A stretch of 64,000 bases of DNA from Gammaproteobacteria bacterium (lineage in GTDB: Bacteria; Pseudomonadota; Gammaproteobacteria; JAJFKG01): positions 4,549 to 68,548 of the forward strand of contig JAJNDI010000004.1 of the NCBI GenBank assembly GCA_021156325.1. The letters run 5' to 3'. The notes beneath the pieces were generated by a model. That model did no database searches. It saw nothing but the letters and a program-made list of their open reading frames with translations, and had not been told where the DNA came from. Every line of letters starts with the position of its first letter. Position 1 is the stretch's first letter. A program made the translations under genes and the position numbers. Positions 52,570 through 61,901 of the stretch are shown one piece after another.

Positions 52570-52860
52570 ATGTTGGTTATCGAATTAACTTATAAAACGC
52601 CATTGGAAAAGGTTGATCAATTTGTGCAAGCTCATCGTGCTTTTTTGCAGCGTTATTACGATGAAGGGTTATTTTTAGTCTCTGGTCCTCAAGAGCCGCG
52701 CACAGGAGGTATTATCATTGCCCTGGCTGACAAAAGCAGGCTGAAAGCTATTATCAAAAACGATCCCTTCTATCAGGAAGGAATAGCCGATTACCGTTTT
52801 ATTGAATTTAAACCCGTTAAATATCATAGCGAGCTGAGCGGACTTTTAAAGCAAGGATAA
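52570..52860 (+). CDS. YciI-family protein
   Basis: 96 aa of the YciI/DGPF fold family. Confidence 0.7.
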   Translation: MLVIELTYKTPLEKVDQFVQAHRAFLQRYYDEGLFLVSGPQEPRTGGIIIALADKSRLKAIIKNDPFYQEGIADYRFIEFKPVKYHSELSGLLKQG

Positions 52861-52871
52861 AGGCTTATTTC

Positions 52872-54044
52872 ATGAAATATACTCCTTTGAATGTGGTTGT
52901 GTTATTAGCGCCGCTGGTAGTCAGTTTTGCTGTGGGACAGGATATTTTTGTGCCGGAAGTTCCGGAATTGGTTAACATATTCCACACCTCCCAAGGGCTT
53001 GTACAATTAACATTAAGCCTTTTTATGTTAGCCGCAGGAGCAGGGCAATTGATTATCGGACCTTTGTCCGATCGCTTCGGCCGAAAAAGTATTGCCTTAT
53101 TAAGTCTGTTGCTTTATTCAATAGCCTCTATCGCAGCGGCTTTATCCCCTTCAATTGCTTTTTTAATCTTTGCACGAATGATCCAAGGTCTTGGAGCCTG
53201 CGGCATGATGGTATGTGCTTTTGCCATGGTGCGTGATTTATTCTCAGGCAATGAATCTGCCGAAATCTACAGCTATTTGAATGGCTCAATTGCTATTTCG
53301 CCGCTGTTGGCGCCATTAGCAGGGGGCTATTTAAATGCCTGGTTCGGCTGGCGTGCGCCTTTTTTCTTTTTAGCTATTTTGGGTATAAGCATTTTTATTG
53401 CTATTTTTTTGTTTTTGTCAGAAACCATCAAGAAAAAAAATAAAGAAATTTCCTTGACAGATATATTTCGTCATTATCTTCAGATTGTAAAAAACAGGCA
53501 GTTTCTAATCTTTACCTTTATTGCTGCCAGTGCGTTGGCAGGGTTCTTCACTTTTTTTTCAGTGTCACCTTATATTTTAATCACTCTATTGCATGTCCCG
53601 ACAACCCAATTTGGGTATTATTTTGCGTTTATTGGCATCATCTTTTTCATAGGCAGTATTACAGCGGGTAAACTCAATGTGAAAATAGGATTTGTCAGAG
53701 TGGCTTTTTTAGGTTGTATTTTGTTTTTCTCAAGCGGTATCATTATGTTTCTTTGGACACTGTGTTGCGGCACTACCGTAGGGAGTTTTATATTACCAAT
53801 GGCATTCAGTGCTATGGGCGGTGCATTTATGATGGGAGCAAGCGCCGGCGGTGCATTGGAACCTTTTCCGGGGATTGCCGGCACAGCAGCAGCTCTTTTA
53901 GGCGCGTCTGAGTTTTTGTTCTCAACATGCATTGCGACAATAACCCTGCTTTGGCCTATCCAATCTAATATGCCCCTGGTTATCGTATTTATTATTTTTG
54001 GGGCTTTGACGACCTTGCTGATGGCATTATTTCGGTGGGGATAA
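52872..54044 (+). CDS. MFS drug-resistance transporter (Bcr/CflA type)
   Basis: 12 TM helices and the 'GPLSDRFGRK' motif. Confidence 0.8.
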   Translation: MKYTPLNVVVLLAPLVVSFAVGQDIFVPEVPELVNIFHTSQGLVQLTLSLFMLAAGAGQLIIGPLSDRFGRKSIALLSLLLYSIASIAAALSPSIAFLIFARMIQGLGACGMMVCAFAMVRDLFSGNESAEIYSYLNGSIAISPLLAPLAGGYLNAWFGWRAPFFFLAILGISIFIAIFLFLSETIKKKNKEISLTDIFRHYLQIVKNRQFLIFTFIAASALAGFFTFFSVSPYILITLLHVPTTQFGYYFAFIGIIFFIGSITAGKLNVKIGFVRVAFLGCILFFSSGIIMFLWTLCCGTTVGSFILPMAFSAMGGAFMMGASAGGALEPFPGIAGTAAALLGASEFLFSTCIATITLLWPIQSNMPLVIVFIIFGALTTLLMALFRWG

Positions 54045-54179
54045 ACTGATCCTACCTGCCTCTTTCTACTCAACGCTTGACATACACCCTTGTTACGCAA
54101 ACGAATAATCTTTGTCTATACTCAAAAGGAAAGCTGTATGGGAGCGGTAAGGAATGCTGTTGGCAAGGAGCCTATCAAA

Positions 54180-54374
54180 ATGCAGTTTATTTTATTTAGC
54201 TTAACAACGCTCGCGGCATTGGCAGCTTATCTTAGGTTGCAGGCAGTTACTTATCTAGGGTGGGGATGTGCGTTAAGCGCCGGCGTTTATTCTTATCTTT
54301 ACTATGCCAATGAAGAACTGCCTATCCAATTAGCCCGGGCAGCAGCCCATTTATCACATTTGTTATTGGGATGA
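54180..54374 (+). CDS. small hydrophobic protein, translationally coupled to DsbB-like gene
   Basis: ATGA overlap with the next ORF. The start is uncertain, and the ORF track begins at 54090. Confidence 0.35.
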   Translation: MQFILFSLTTLAALAAYLRLQAVTYLGWGCALSAGVYSYLYYANEELPIQLARAAAHLSHLLLG

Positions 54375-54937
54375 TACAGATGATATTTCATCGTTTTCGT
54401 TTACCGATTGATTGTTTGGATACCTTAGTGATATGGGGTTTAACAGGGTTAGTCATTTTTAGCCTTGCTTTACAATTCAGCACGCATGAACTGCCCTGTC
54501 CTCTGTGTTTGTTACAACGTATGGGATCTTTAGTGATGGCGTTATCCCTTGCGCTAACTTTACAATTTGGTCATCGAACTCGTCATTATGGATTGACTTT
54601 AATTGCCTCTATTTTTACGGGTATTGTTGCTTCACGCCAAACCCTGTTACACATTATTCCGGGTACCGATACCTACGGCGATCCGTTTCTAGGGTTAAGT
54701 TTGTATGTATGGATGGTAATTGTATGTTTGTTGGTCGTGAGTTACATTACGGCTATGTTAGTGATTGGAGCGAATAATGAAAAACGACTTCAGCCCGCAA
54801 AATTCGCAAAAATAACGACTTTATTAGTGCTTGCTGTCATCTTTATTGCTACTGCGATGGTATTTTTTGAATGCGGCCTTCAGGGTTGTCCTGAAAATCC
54901 CACCCAATATCACATGCATCCTTTGCGGATATATTAA
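54371..54937 (+). CDS. atypical DsbB-family disulfide oxidoreductase (lacks loop-2 Cys pair; extra TM + C-terminal CX4C)
   Basis: 'ELPCPLCLLQR' aligns with E. coli DsbB 'LKPCVLCIYER', and 'RQTLLHIIP' aligns with 'EHTMLQLYP'. The segment carrying Cys104 and Cys130 is missing. Confidence 0.55.
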   Translation: MIQMIFHRFRLPIDCLDTLVIWGLTGLVIFSLALQFSTHELPCPLCLLQRMGSLVMALSLALTLQFGHRTRHYGLTLIASIFTGIVASRQTLLHIIPGTDTYGDPFLGLSLYVWMVIVCLLVVSYITAMLVIGANNEKRLQPAKFAKITTLLVLAVIFIATAMVFFECGLQGCPENPTQYHMHPLRIY

Positions 54938-55002
54938 CAAGGATTAGCAAATTGACTTTTTAAATGATATATTCCTTGCTGCAAAGATCCCAAGGAGTTT
55001 TT

Positions 55003-57960
55003 ATGCCGCGAAGAAAAGTAAAAGCTGAAAAACAGCAAAAATCAAAAACCGCAGCGCCGCTTCTCTCTTCCTCAGAAGTTTTATCAGAAGGTCAAGCCTT
55101 GTTTCATAAGGCTGAAACCTTGATTAATGAAGGCTGTTATGAAGCCCTGCAGTTGCTGATTAATACCAGTATCAATGTGCTGCCGCCCGAAGAAGCTGTT
55201 TACGTACATCTTGCAAGACACATGTTTTTTGATGCCAGGTTTGAATATCAGGCGCATGTGGAGAGTGAAGGTTTTCTGAAAAAAAACGTTAAAAAAATCC
55301 AAAAAAATACTAATAAAGTAGCGCTTTTTGCTTACCATTATATTGATATTCTGATTGCGGGAAAAAATATACCTGATGACGCATTTAAAAAACTCCCGAG
55401 TGCCGCTAAAGAAGTCCGGGATGAGAGGGGGCTTTGGCTGCAATTACGCTGCTTGCCGCTGTATTTGGAAACGGCTGCTGCGAGGCTCCGATCTCAGAAG
55501 GAGCGTTATCAGTACCTCCTGGACAAAGCAGAACCGCTATACCACCAATTGATTGAAAGAAAGTACACATTTGCGCACCTTGGCTTTTTCGAAATACAGT
55601 TGATCCTTCATAAAGCAGACATACTCTTCAAAAAAAAATACTATGGCTCCTGTTTCGCACAGGCCATGGAATCAGGTCACTATTCTTATATTCTTTTAAG
55701 CATACAAACGGCATTTCATATTGCAGATAACCTGAGAGCCATTAATTCAGCTAAAAGAATGTACAATATGCTGCTTAAATTAAGCGATGAAAATTCGCTC
55801 TCGTGGGGCGGCGCTTTTTGTCTCGGGTGTATTGCCAATCTGCTCTTGCGAGGTGCCGGTTTAACAGAAGAAACTAATGTTATAAAAAATAAATCTGATG
55901 TTGCAGTGCTTTTTGAAAGAGCCCTTAAACTGTCCAAAGACAATCCGGCTCTCTATTCGCAAACCTTGTTGTATTATGTCGATGCGCTATTGCCTGACAT
56001 ATTGATTTCTGTGCCGTATATAGAGCATATCTGGGAAGTGATAGAGGGGATCCACCTCCATAAACAGTACCTTCCCTATCATTTCTCTCTATCTTCTGAA
56101 GAAGGCAATAGTGTACAAAAATATACTGCTATTTTGTTATTTCTTTATCAGGTGGAAGGCTTATCAGAAAGAAAAGCAAAATTGAGGCAGTTCTTACACG
56201 AAATATCAGCGGAATTTGACGAAAGCCTGAATCGAAATATCAGGAAACAAATAAAGCAGGTATTATCCCAACCCGCATTCAATGCCGATTGTGAGCTGGA
56301 TCCTCATGAAAATGATGGGGATATTTTATCATCTTTTTATGCGCACAGTGATGACTTTATTTCTCATGAAGAATGGAAATTTTTAAAAACAGGCAAGATT
56401 AGCGAGATGCTCTTTGAAAAACCCTGCGACTATTATATTGAAGCGGTTTTTCTTTATCATCAAAAAGAAAAAAATATTTCTGCAGTTTGGGAAAGCGCTT
56501 TCATTGCCTTTGCACAAAAATCAAAACAGGCGGCTTGTCTTGTCGGCTGCCTGCTAAGCGAAATAAGGGACATAAGCCAATCAGGGCAGAGTATTAAGCC
56601 CCATCTGGAGATTTTACGAAAATTATTTATCCAGCAGGCTGCACTGTTCTTTATTATTGATAAGGAAACCGATCCTGTGTTTCTGGATTTATACGTCAGC
56701 CTGCTTTTTTTTCTGGTTCTTAATGAAGAATTAACAGCGAACATTGAATCGGTTCCTCGCGAGATGGATAAAGCACTTATGCCCGATATGCTGGTTTCGG
56801 TAAAGGCTTTTGATAAAAACATCGAAATAGAACTACGCCTTATTTTAGAAAAGAAATTGATATCTCAAGATGTCTTTGAAAGATTTGTAAAGACGCTAAA
56901 AAAATGCGTTGAAGAAATAATAAAAAACAACGCAAGAGAATGGTCAACAGATATTTTTACTTATAGAGATTTGCGAGAAATTACGACAAAGTATTTTTTA
57001 AATCATTTAAAACTGTTTTTATTTAATGAGAAGCGTTATCCCATCACGGCTTATTATCAAGCTTGTTGTTTAGCGTCTCTTCAACCACTGGAAAATCGCA
57101 CAAACCAAGCTGTCTTATGGCCTGTTTATCAAGCTGCTGGCTTTGGTTTAGTCAAGGCAAAAAACTGGTTAATAGAAAATACCCTATTAAAAAGTGGAAA
57201 ATTAACTTTGTATGGTCAAGATTGTAAACTGTTACAGTTGACATCCATAACAGATATGTTTGGAATTGAGGTTGATCAGGCTGCTTTATTGGTTCATAAC
57301 GGCAATATCATCGAGCAATATTCTCCTCCCGATTTTTTTAAGTTAATGTTAATTGCTTATGCTGTAACAATATGTACTTTTGAAGATATTTGTTTTAGTG
57401 TAGAAAAATGCCATGTTCATGGTATGCAGGGCACCCTTGAAATGATCGCGAAAATTGCACCGAGCGCAACTTGTTGGGATGTGATTAAGCAATATCAAGA
57501 TAAAATTTTAGAACAAAAAGAATATATTAGAGTCATAGTTAAAAACCTGATTTATTTTGTGGGAAAGATCACCGTAGCGATGGCTTCACCTCTTCAGGAA
57601 GCTAATTTTACCTTTAGTAAAACGCATATTACCTTTATTAGCAAATGCAGGGGATCTCTCCCTGATCTGATTTGTGATGATTATGATTCATGCATTAAGA
57701 AAACAGGCTCATTTTTTTACGCAAAATTATCGATACGACAGTTTCTGAGAGATCCTGAAATTCTGGAGCTTTTATCACATCAAGTGGCAGTACATTTATC
57801 TTCCGGTAAAAAAGAAATCCAAAGTGAATTTTCTACAAAAGAGCTTTCTGCGCTGCAATCATTGTGCTTATTAGCAGGCCAAAAAAAATCGCCTGAAGAA
57901 CCCATTATTGAACCCACAGGGATATCAGAACCTGGTCATATACCCGATCTAACGATGTGA
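55003..57960 (+). CDS. large hypothetical protein (985 aa, AT-rich, no recognisable domain); candidate secreted effector
   Basis: AGGAG Shine-Dalgarno 5 nt before the ATG at 55003. The C-terminus 'SPEEPIIEPTGISEPGHIPDLTM' is Glu-rich in the last ~20 residues. Confidence 0.6.
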   Translation: MPRRKVKAEKQQKSKTAAPLLSSSEVLSEGQALFHKAETLINEGCYEALQLLINTSINVLPPEEAVYVHLARHMFFDARFEYQAHVESEGFLKKNVKKIQKNTNKVALFAYHYIDILIAGKNIPDDAFKKLPSAAKEVRDERGLWLQLRCLPLYLETAAARLRSQKERYQYLLDKAEPLYHQLIERKYTFAHLGFFEIQLILHKADILFKKKYYGSCFAQAMESGHYSYILLSIQTAFHIADNLRAINSAKRMYNMLLKLSDENSLSWGGAFCLGCIANLLLRGAGLTEETNVIKNKSDVAVLFERALKLSKDNPALYSQTLLYYVDALLPDILISVPYIEHIWEVIEGIHLHKQYLPYHFSLSSEEGNSVQKYTAILLFLYQVEGLSERKAKLRQFLHEISAEFDESLNRNIRKQIKQVLSQPAFNADCELDPHENDGDILSSFYAHSDDFISHEEWKFLKTGKISEMLFEKPCDYYIEAVFLYHQKEKNISAVWESAFIAFAQKSKQAACLVGCLLSEIRDISQSGQSIKPHLEILRKLFIQQAALFFIIDKETDPVFLDLYVSLLFFLVLNEELTANIESVPREMDKALMPDMLVSVKAFDKNIEIELRLILEKKLISQDVFERFVKTLKKCVEEIIKNNAREWSTDIFTYRDLREITTKYFLNHLKLFLFNEKRYPITAYYQACCLASLQPLENRTNQAVLWPVYQAAGFGLVKAKNWLIENTLLKSGKLTLYGQDCKLLQLTSITDMFGIEVDQAALLVHNGNIIEQYSPPDFFKLMLIAYAVTICTFEDICFSVEKCHVHGMQGTLEMIAKIAPSATCWDVIKQYQDKILEQKEYIRVIVKNLIYFVGKITVAMASPLQEANFTFSKTHITFISKCRGSLPDLICDDYDSCIKKTGSFFYAKLSIRQFLRDPEILELLSHQVAVHLSSGKKEIQSEFSTKELSALQSLCLLAGQKKSPEEPIIEPTGISEPGHIPDLTM

Positions 57961-58074
57961 ATAAACGGGATTACGAATATTTTGCCCCTTTTTCAAAGGA
58001 GGAATTTATTAGGCACAAAAAAGTCTCTGCAAATACTATACTAGGGAGTATCTAACCTTATGGAAAAATAATAG

Positions 58075-59286
58075 ATGCGGATCTTATTCTTGCACAACAA
58101 TTGTCCCGGGCAATACCGTCACCTGGCGCCTTATTTGGCACGCAATCCGGAACATGACGTTGTGTTTGGCACCACGAACCGCCACTATGAAATACCCGGT
58201 GTCAAAAAAGTCTACTTTGTGCCAACTCGCTATGCAAACCCACAAACCCACCCTTATTTGCATAATGCCGAAAATGCGGTTTTGCACGGTCAGGCTGTTT
58301 ATCGTATGGCAGCAGAATTGAAAAAAACGGGATTTATTCCCGATATCATTTGTGCTCATGCCGGCTGGGGGGTGTCACACTTTGTGAAGGATGTTTATCC
58401 TGATGCCGCATTGCTGAGTTATTTTGAATGGTATTATCATTCGCAAGGAGCTGATTTTGGATTTTTACCCGATGATCCAAAGGATGAAGAATGGCCATTG
58501 CGGCTTCGTATTAAAAATATGGCGCTCAATGTAGATTTAATACAATGTGATGGGGGACTTTGTCCCACACAGTGGCAATATCAACAGATCCCCTCGATTT
58601 TTTATCCCAAGTTGTCTGTTTTACATGATGGTGTAGATACAGATTTCATGCAGCCTGCTGAAACAGCAACTGTGAAGTTAGGGAATATTGAATTAACAAA
58701 GCAGCATGAAGTTGTCACCTATGTTTCGCGCGGCCTAGAGCCTTACCGAGGGTTTCCACAATTTATGCAAGCGGTTGCCAAGTTGCAGAAAAAACGCCCT
58801 CATTGCCAGGTTTTAATTGTGGGTGAAGATAGAGTGGCTTATGGCAAAAAGCGGGAAGATGATAAAACGTATAAACAAGTCTTGCTGGAAGAATTGGATT
58901 TGGATCTTAGCCGCATTCACTTTATGGGATATGTTGATTACGAAACGTTGCGTTCTGTATTTCAAATTTCTACAGTGCATATTTATCTTACCATCCCTTT
59001 TGTCTTATCCTGGTCAATTTTGGAAGCGATGGCGTGTGAATGCATTGTGCTGGGATCTGACACGCCGCCTGTGCGTGAAATGATAAGCGATGGAGAAAAC
59101 GGCTTGTTAAGTGATTTCTTTCAAATAGATGAGCTGGTCAAACGCACAGAAGCGATATTGGAAAACCGCGAACGCTTTAAAAGGTTAGGGGTTCAGGCAA
59201 GAAAACAGATCATAGAAAAATATGCAAAATCCCTTCTCTTGCCCAAACATGAAGCGCTGATCAAAAAGGTTATTCAGCAGCCATAA
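58075..59286 (+). CDS. GT-B glycosyltransferase (CAZy GT4 / 'glycosyl transferases group 1')
   Basis: 'EAMACECIVLGSDTPPVREMI' GT4 C-terminal motif and the N-terminal 'MRILFLHNNCPGQYRHLA'. Confidence 0.8.
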   Translation: MRILFLHNNCPGQYRHLAPYLARNPEHDVVFGTTNRHYEIPGVKKVYFVPTRYANPQTHPYLHNAENAVLHGQAVYRMAAELKKTGFIPDIICAHAGWGVSHFVKDVYPDAALLSYFEWYYHSQGADFGFLPDDPKDEEWPLRLRIKNMALNVDLIQCDGGLCPTQWQYQQIPSIFYPKLSVLHDGVDTDFMQPAETATVKLGNIELTKQHEVVTYVSRGLEPYRGFPQFMQAVAKLQKKRPHCQVLIVGEDRVAYGKKREDDKTYKQVLLEELDLDLSRIHFMGYVDYETLRSVFQISTVHIYLTIPFVLSWSILEAMACECIVLGSDTPPVREMISDGENGLLSDFFQIDELVKRTEAILENRERFKRLGVQARKQIIEKYAKSLLLPKHEALIKKVIQQP

Positions 59287-59435
59287 GGGTATTAGGGGTT
59301 GTTGACATTTCGCTAGGCTGAGGTGGAATTCATCGATTTTTGAGTACCGAAGCGCAGCATATGTTGTGATATGTGAGCATCGGAACACAGAAAATCAATG
59401 AATTACGCCCAGTCTAGTAGAAATATCAACAGCCC

Positions 59436-60014
59436 CTATTTCTCTAAATTCTTTGCCACAAAATCCCAGTTTACAAGCTGCCAAAAAGCTTCCAGATATT
59501 TGGGTCGTGCATTGCGATAATCGATATAGTAAGCATGTTCCCATACATCACAAGTTAATAAAGCCTGCTGTTTCTGTTTCAAGGGAGTGTCGGCATTAGA
59601 GGTGCTGGTGATCTCAAGCTTGCCGCCCTTATTAACCAGCCATGCCCAGCCTGAGCCAAAAGTCGTAATCGCAGTTTGGGTGAATTTTTCTTTGAAGAGA
59701 TCAAAGGATTCAAAGCTCTTTTCAATCTGTTGAGCTAATTCCCCTGTGGGTTTGCCGCCGCCATTGGGGCTTAGACAATGCCAGTAAAAGGTATGATTCC
59801 ATACCTGGGCGCCGTTATTGAAAATACCGCCTGTCGCATGTTGAACAATCTCTTCAAGAGAGGATTTTTCAAATTCGCCTCCTTTGATGAGTTCATTTAG
59901 CTTGGTGACGTAGGCCTGGTGATGCTTACCATAATGGTATTCCAGTGTTTCGCGTGAAATATGAGGCGCTAAAGCATCCAGGTTATAAGGTAATGCAGGT
60001 AAAGTGTGGGTCAT
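59436..60014 (-). CDS. sodB: superoxide dismutase [Fe]
   Basis: '[28 protein letters not shown]' and an AAGGAG Shine-Dalgarno before the internal ATG chosen as the start. Confidence 0.93.
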   Translation of the reverse strand: MTHTLPALPYNLDALAPHISRETLEYHYGKHHQAYVTKLNELIKGGEFEKSSLEEIVQHATGGIFNNGAQVWNHTFYWHCLSPNGGGKPTGELAQQIEKSFESFDLFKEKFTQTAITTFGSGWAWLVNKGGKLEITSTSNADTPLKQKQQALLTCDVWEHAYYIDYRNARPKYLEAFWQLVNWDFVAKNLEK

Positions 60015-60095
60015 GGCAACTCCTTTATGAAAGACCGATCGATCTGTTTTAGAATGCAAGAAACTGTTAGAATTATATCACTTACCTTAATCTTG

Positions 60096-60440
60096 ATGAA
60101 GAGGATACCGCTTGTGAATACTGAAGAAACCATTAAACAGCAAATAGCTGATAACGCTATCCTATTGTACATGAAAGGTTCTCCTGAACGGCCGCAATGC
60201 GGGTTTTCTGCCAAAGTGGTACAAATCCTGATGGCCTGTGGTGAAAAATTTGCCTATATCGATGTGCTGGCCAATCCTGATATTCGCCAAACGTTGCCTA
60301 AAATTGCCAATTGGCCAACATTCCCGCAGCTTTATATCAGTGGCGAATTGGTGGGAGGATGTGATATTGTAACAGCATTATATGAATCAAGTGAGCTGCA
60401 GCCGCTCATTAAAGCAGCTGTTGGAAAAACTCACCGCTAA
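60096..60440 (+). CDS. grxD: monothiol glutaredoxin (Grx4/GrxD)
   Basis: 'CGFS' active site. The start is set at MKRIPLVNTEE, and the ORF track begins upstream at a GTG. Confidence 0.85.
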   Translation: MKRIPLVNTEETIKQQIADNAILLYMKGSPERPQCGFSAKVVQILMACGEKFAYIDVLANPDIRQTLPKIANWPTFPQLYISGELVGGCDIVTALYESSELQPLIKAAVGKTHR

Positions 60441-60500
60441 TGCTGTTGGAAAAGCCCTAGGGATTGTGACTTTTTTAATTGAAACGGAGGACAGGCTCAG

Positions 60501-61757
60501 ATGAAAAAAATTTATCACGTATTTAAAGCAGGATTTATCATAGCAGCGTTGCTGTGTGTAACCAGCGCCCTTGCTGCAATGCATAACTCTTCTTCACCGG
60601 CAGACCAAAACCCTGCCTCACCAGGCCGCAATTTACTCACCACAGCGGGGGAGTTGGATCAGTACCCTGACAGCTACATCGCAGTCGGCGGTATTGTTAA
60701 TCTCAAAGACGGCACACCCGGGGATATGCTGGTTCTCGCAGGTCAAACCAATGTCAGCGGTGAAGTAGGCCGTTTTGCCGTGGCCTCGGCAGGCAAGATT
60801 GATTTTGGTGCCAAGGTCGCCAAACGAACTATTTTATTTGGCGGCGACATCAAGAGCCGTGCAGACAGCTGGATGTATTCTGGCGGTTATATTATTGGCG
60901 GTGATATTGATTTGGCAGGGAACAGCAATAAAGATATCACGGTCATCGGCGGTACAGTGGATGTCAGCGGAACTTACAATGGTAATGTCAACATTGTTGC
61001 CGGCAGATTAAGTATCAAACCCAATACCGTCATTGCAGGCAAGCTAAATTATTTGAGCGCAGGCTCGGTTAATATCAGTAAACAAGCCACCATCAGCGGT
61101 GGTGCTGCTGAAGTCATGCCGCACACCGTGGGGATGTGGCAAGCTAAACACAGCGGCTTTCATTTTGGATATTGGATCTTGCAAGTGGTGCAATTGTTAA
61201 TAGTGCTGCTGGCTTTAAATGCAGTGTGCCGCCGTACTGCGCCTTGTGTGGCTTCAAAACTGGCTGCTCGTCCACTGGCTTCTTTTGGCACAGGGTTGCT
61301 GGTGATTATTGTGGGATTACTGCTTGCTCCTGTTTTGTTAGTGACCGTTATCGGTTCATATCTCGCTTTATTATGGGGATTGGTTTATGTGCTCTTGTTA
61401 TTATTAGGATATCTCTATTTTGCACAAAGCGTTGGTTTGCTGATTTTGTCCAAAGTTAAAAAAACCGGGAAAAGCGAGTGTGCCAGCGAAGAAGGTTCGC
61501 TATGCTGTTGGACAGTGCTGTGGAGTTCCTTGTTAGGGTTAATAGTAGTAACCTTGCTAGCGATGATCCCGGTTGTTGGTAAATGGCTTTCCTTTATTTT
61601 TGTGATATTCGGCGTGGGCGCACTGGTAAGAATGTGCTGCAAGAAACGCTGCGGAAAGAATAAAAAAGGATTTTGTGGCAGCGGAGTTTGTTCTTGCTGC
61701 GGGCAGACCAATTGTCAGTGTTCTAAAGCAGGCAATAAAGAAGGCTGCTGTCCTTAA
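60501..61757 (+). CDS. signal-peptide protein with beta-helical repeat domain (bactofilin/DUF4097-like), 4 TM helices and Cys-rich C-terminal tail
   Basis: Repeats 'GGDIDLAGNSNKDITVIGGTVDVSGTYNGNVNIVAG' followed by hydrophobic helices. The last 40 aa contain 12 Cys (CCKKRC...CSCCGQTNCQC...GCCP). Confidence 0.6.
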   Translation: MKKIYHVFKAGFIIAALLCVTSALAAMHNSSSPADQNPASPGRNLLTTAGELDQYPDSYIAVGGIVNLKDGTPGDMLVLAGQTNVSGEVGRFAVASAGKIDFGAKVAKRTILFGGDIKSRADSWMYSGGYIIGGDIDLAGNSNKDITVIGGTVDVSGTYNGNVNIVAGRLSIKPNTVIAGKLNYLSAGSVNISKQATISGGAAEVMPHTVGMWQAKHSGFHFGYWILQVVQLLIVLLALNAVCRRTAPCVASKLAARPLASFGTGLLVIIVGLLLAPVLLVTVIGSYLALLWGLVYVLLLLLGYLYFAQSVGLLILSKVKKTGKSECASEEGSLCCWTVLWSSLLGLIVVTLLAMIPVVGKWLSFIFVIFGVGALVRMCCKKRCGKNKKGFCGSGVCSCCGQTNCQCSKAGNKEGCCP

Positions 61758-61795
61758 AAGCCATTAAACCTTCTTTAAGTTTTACGTTATTTTTT

Positions 61796-61867
61796 CTCTT
61801 CTCCCTCTCCCGCAAGCGCGAGAGGGTTGGGGAGAGGGCGCTGCGCAGCAGTGTGGCACACGAGAGA
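61796..61867. repeat. REP-like palindromic element (CCCTCTCCCGC...GCGAGAGGG...GGGGAGAGGG + CGCTGCGCAGCAGTGTGGCACA)
   Basis: Most complete copy, with outer TCTC/GAGA arms, upstream of ahpC. Confidence 0.7.
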
Positions 61868-61901
61868 ATATTAATTAAACCATTACGGCAAGGGGGTAAA
61901 A

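Noticed and set aside
60006-60100. Possible frameshift upstream of grxD
   Set aside because: My hand translation of the printed sequence is one base out of register with the ORF track between about 60060 and 60100. This is most likely a reading error on my part rather than a real frameshift. The grxD start was placed at the internal Met, and the upstream GTG-initiated extension lacks an RBS.
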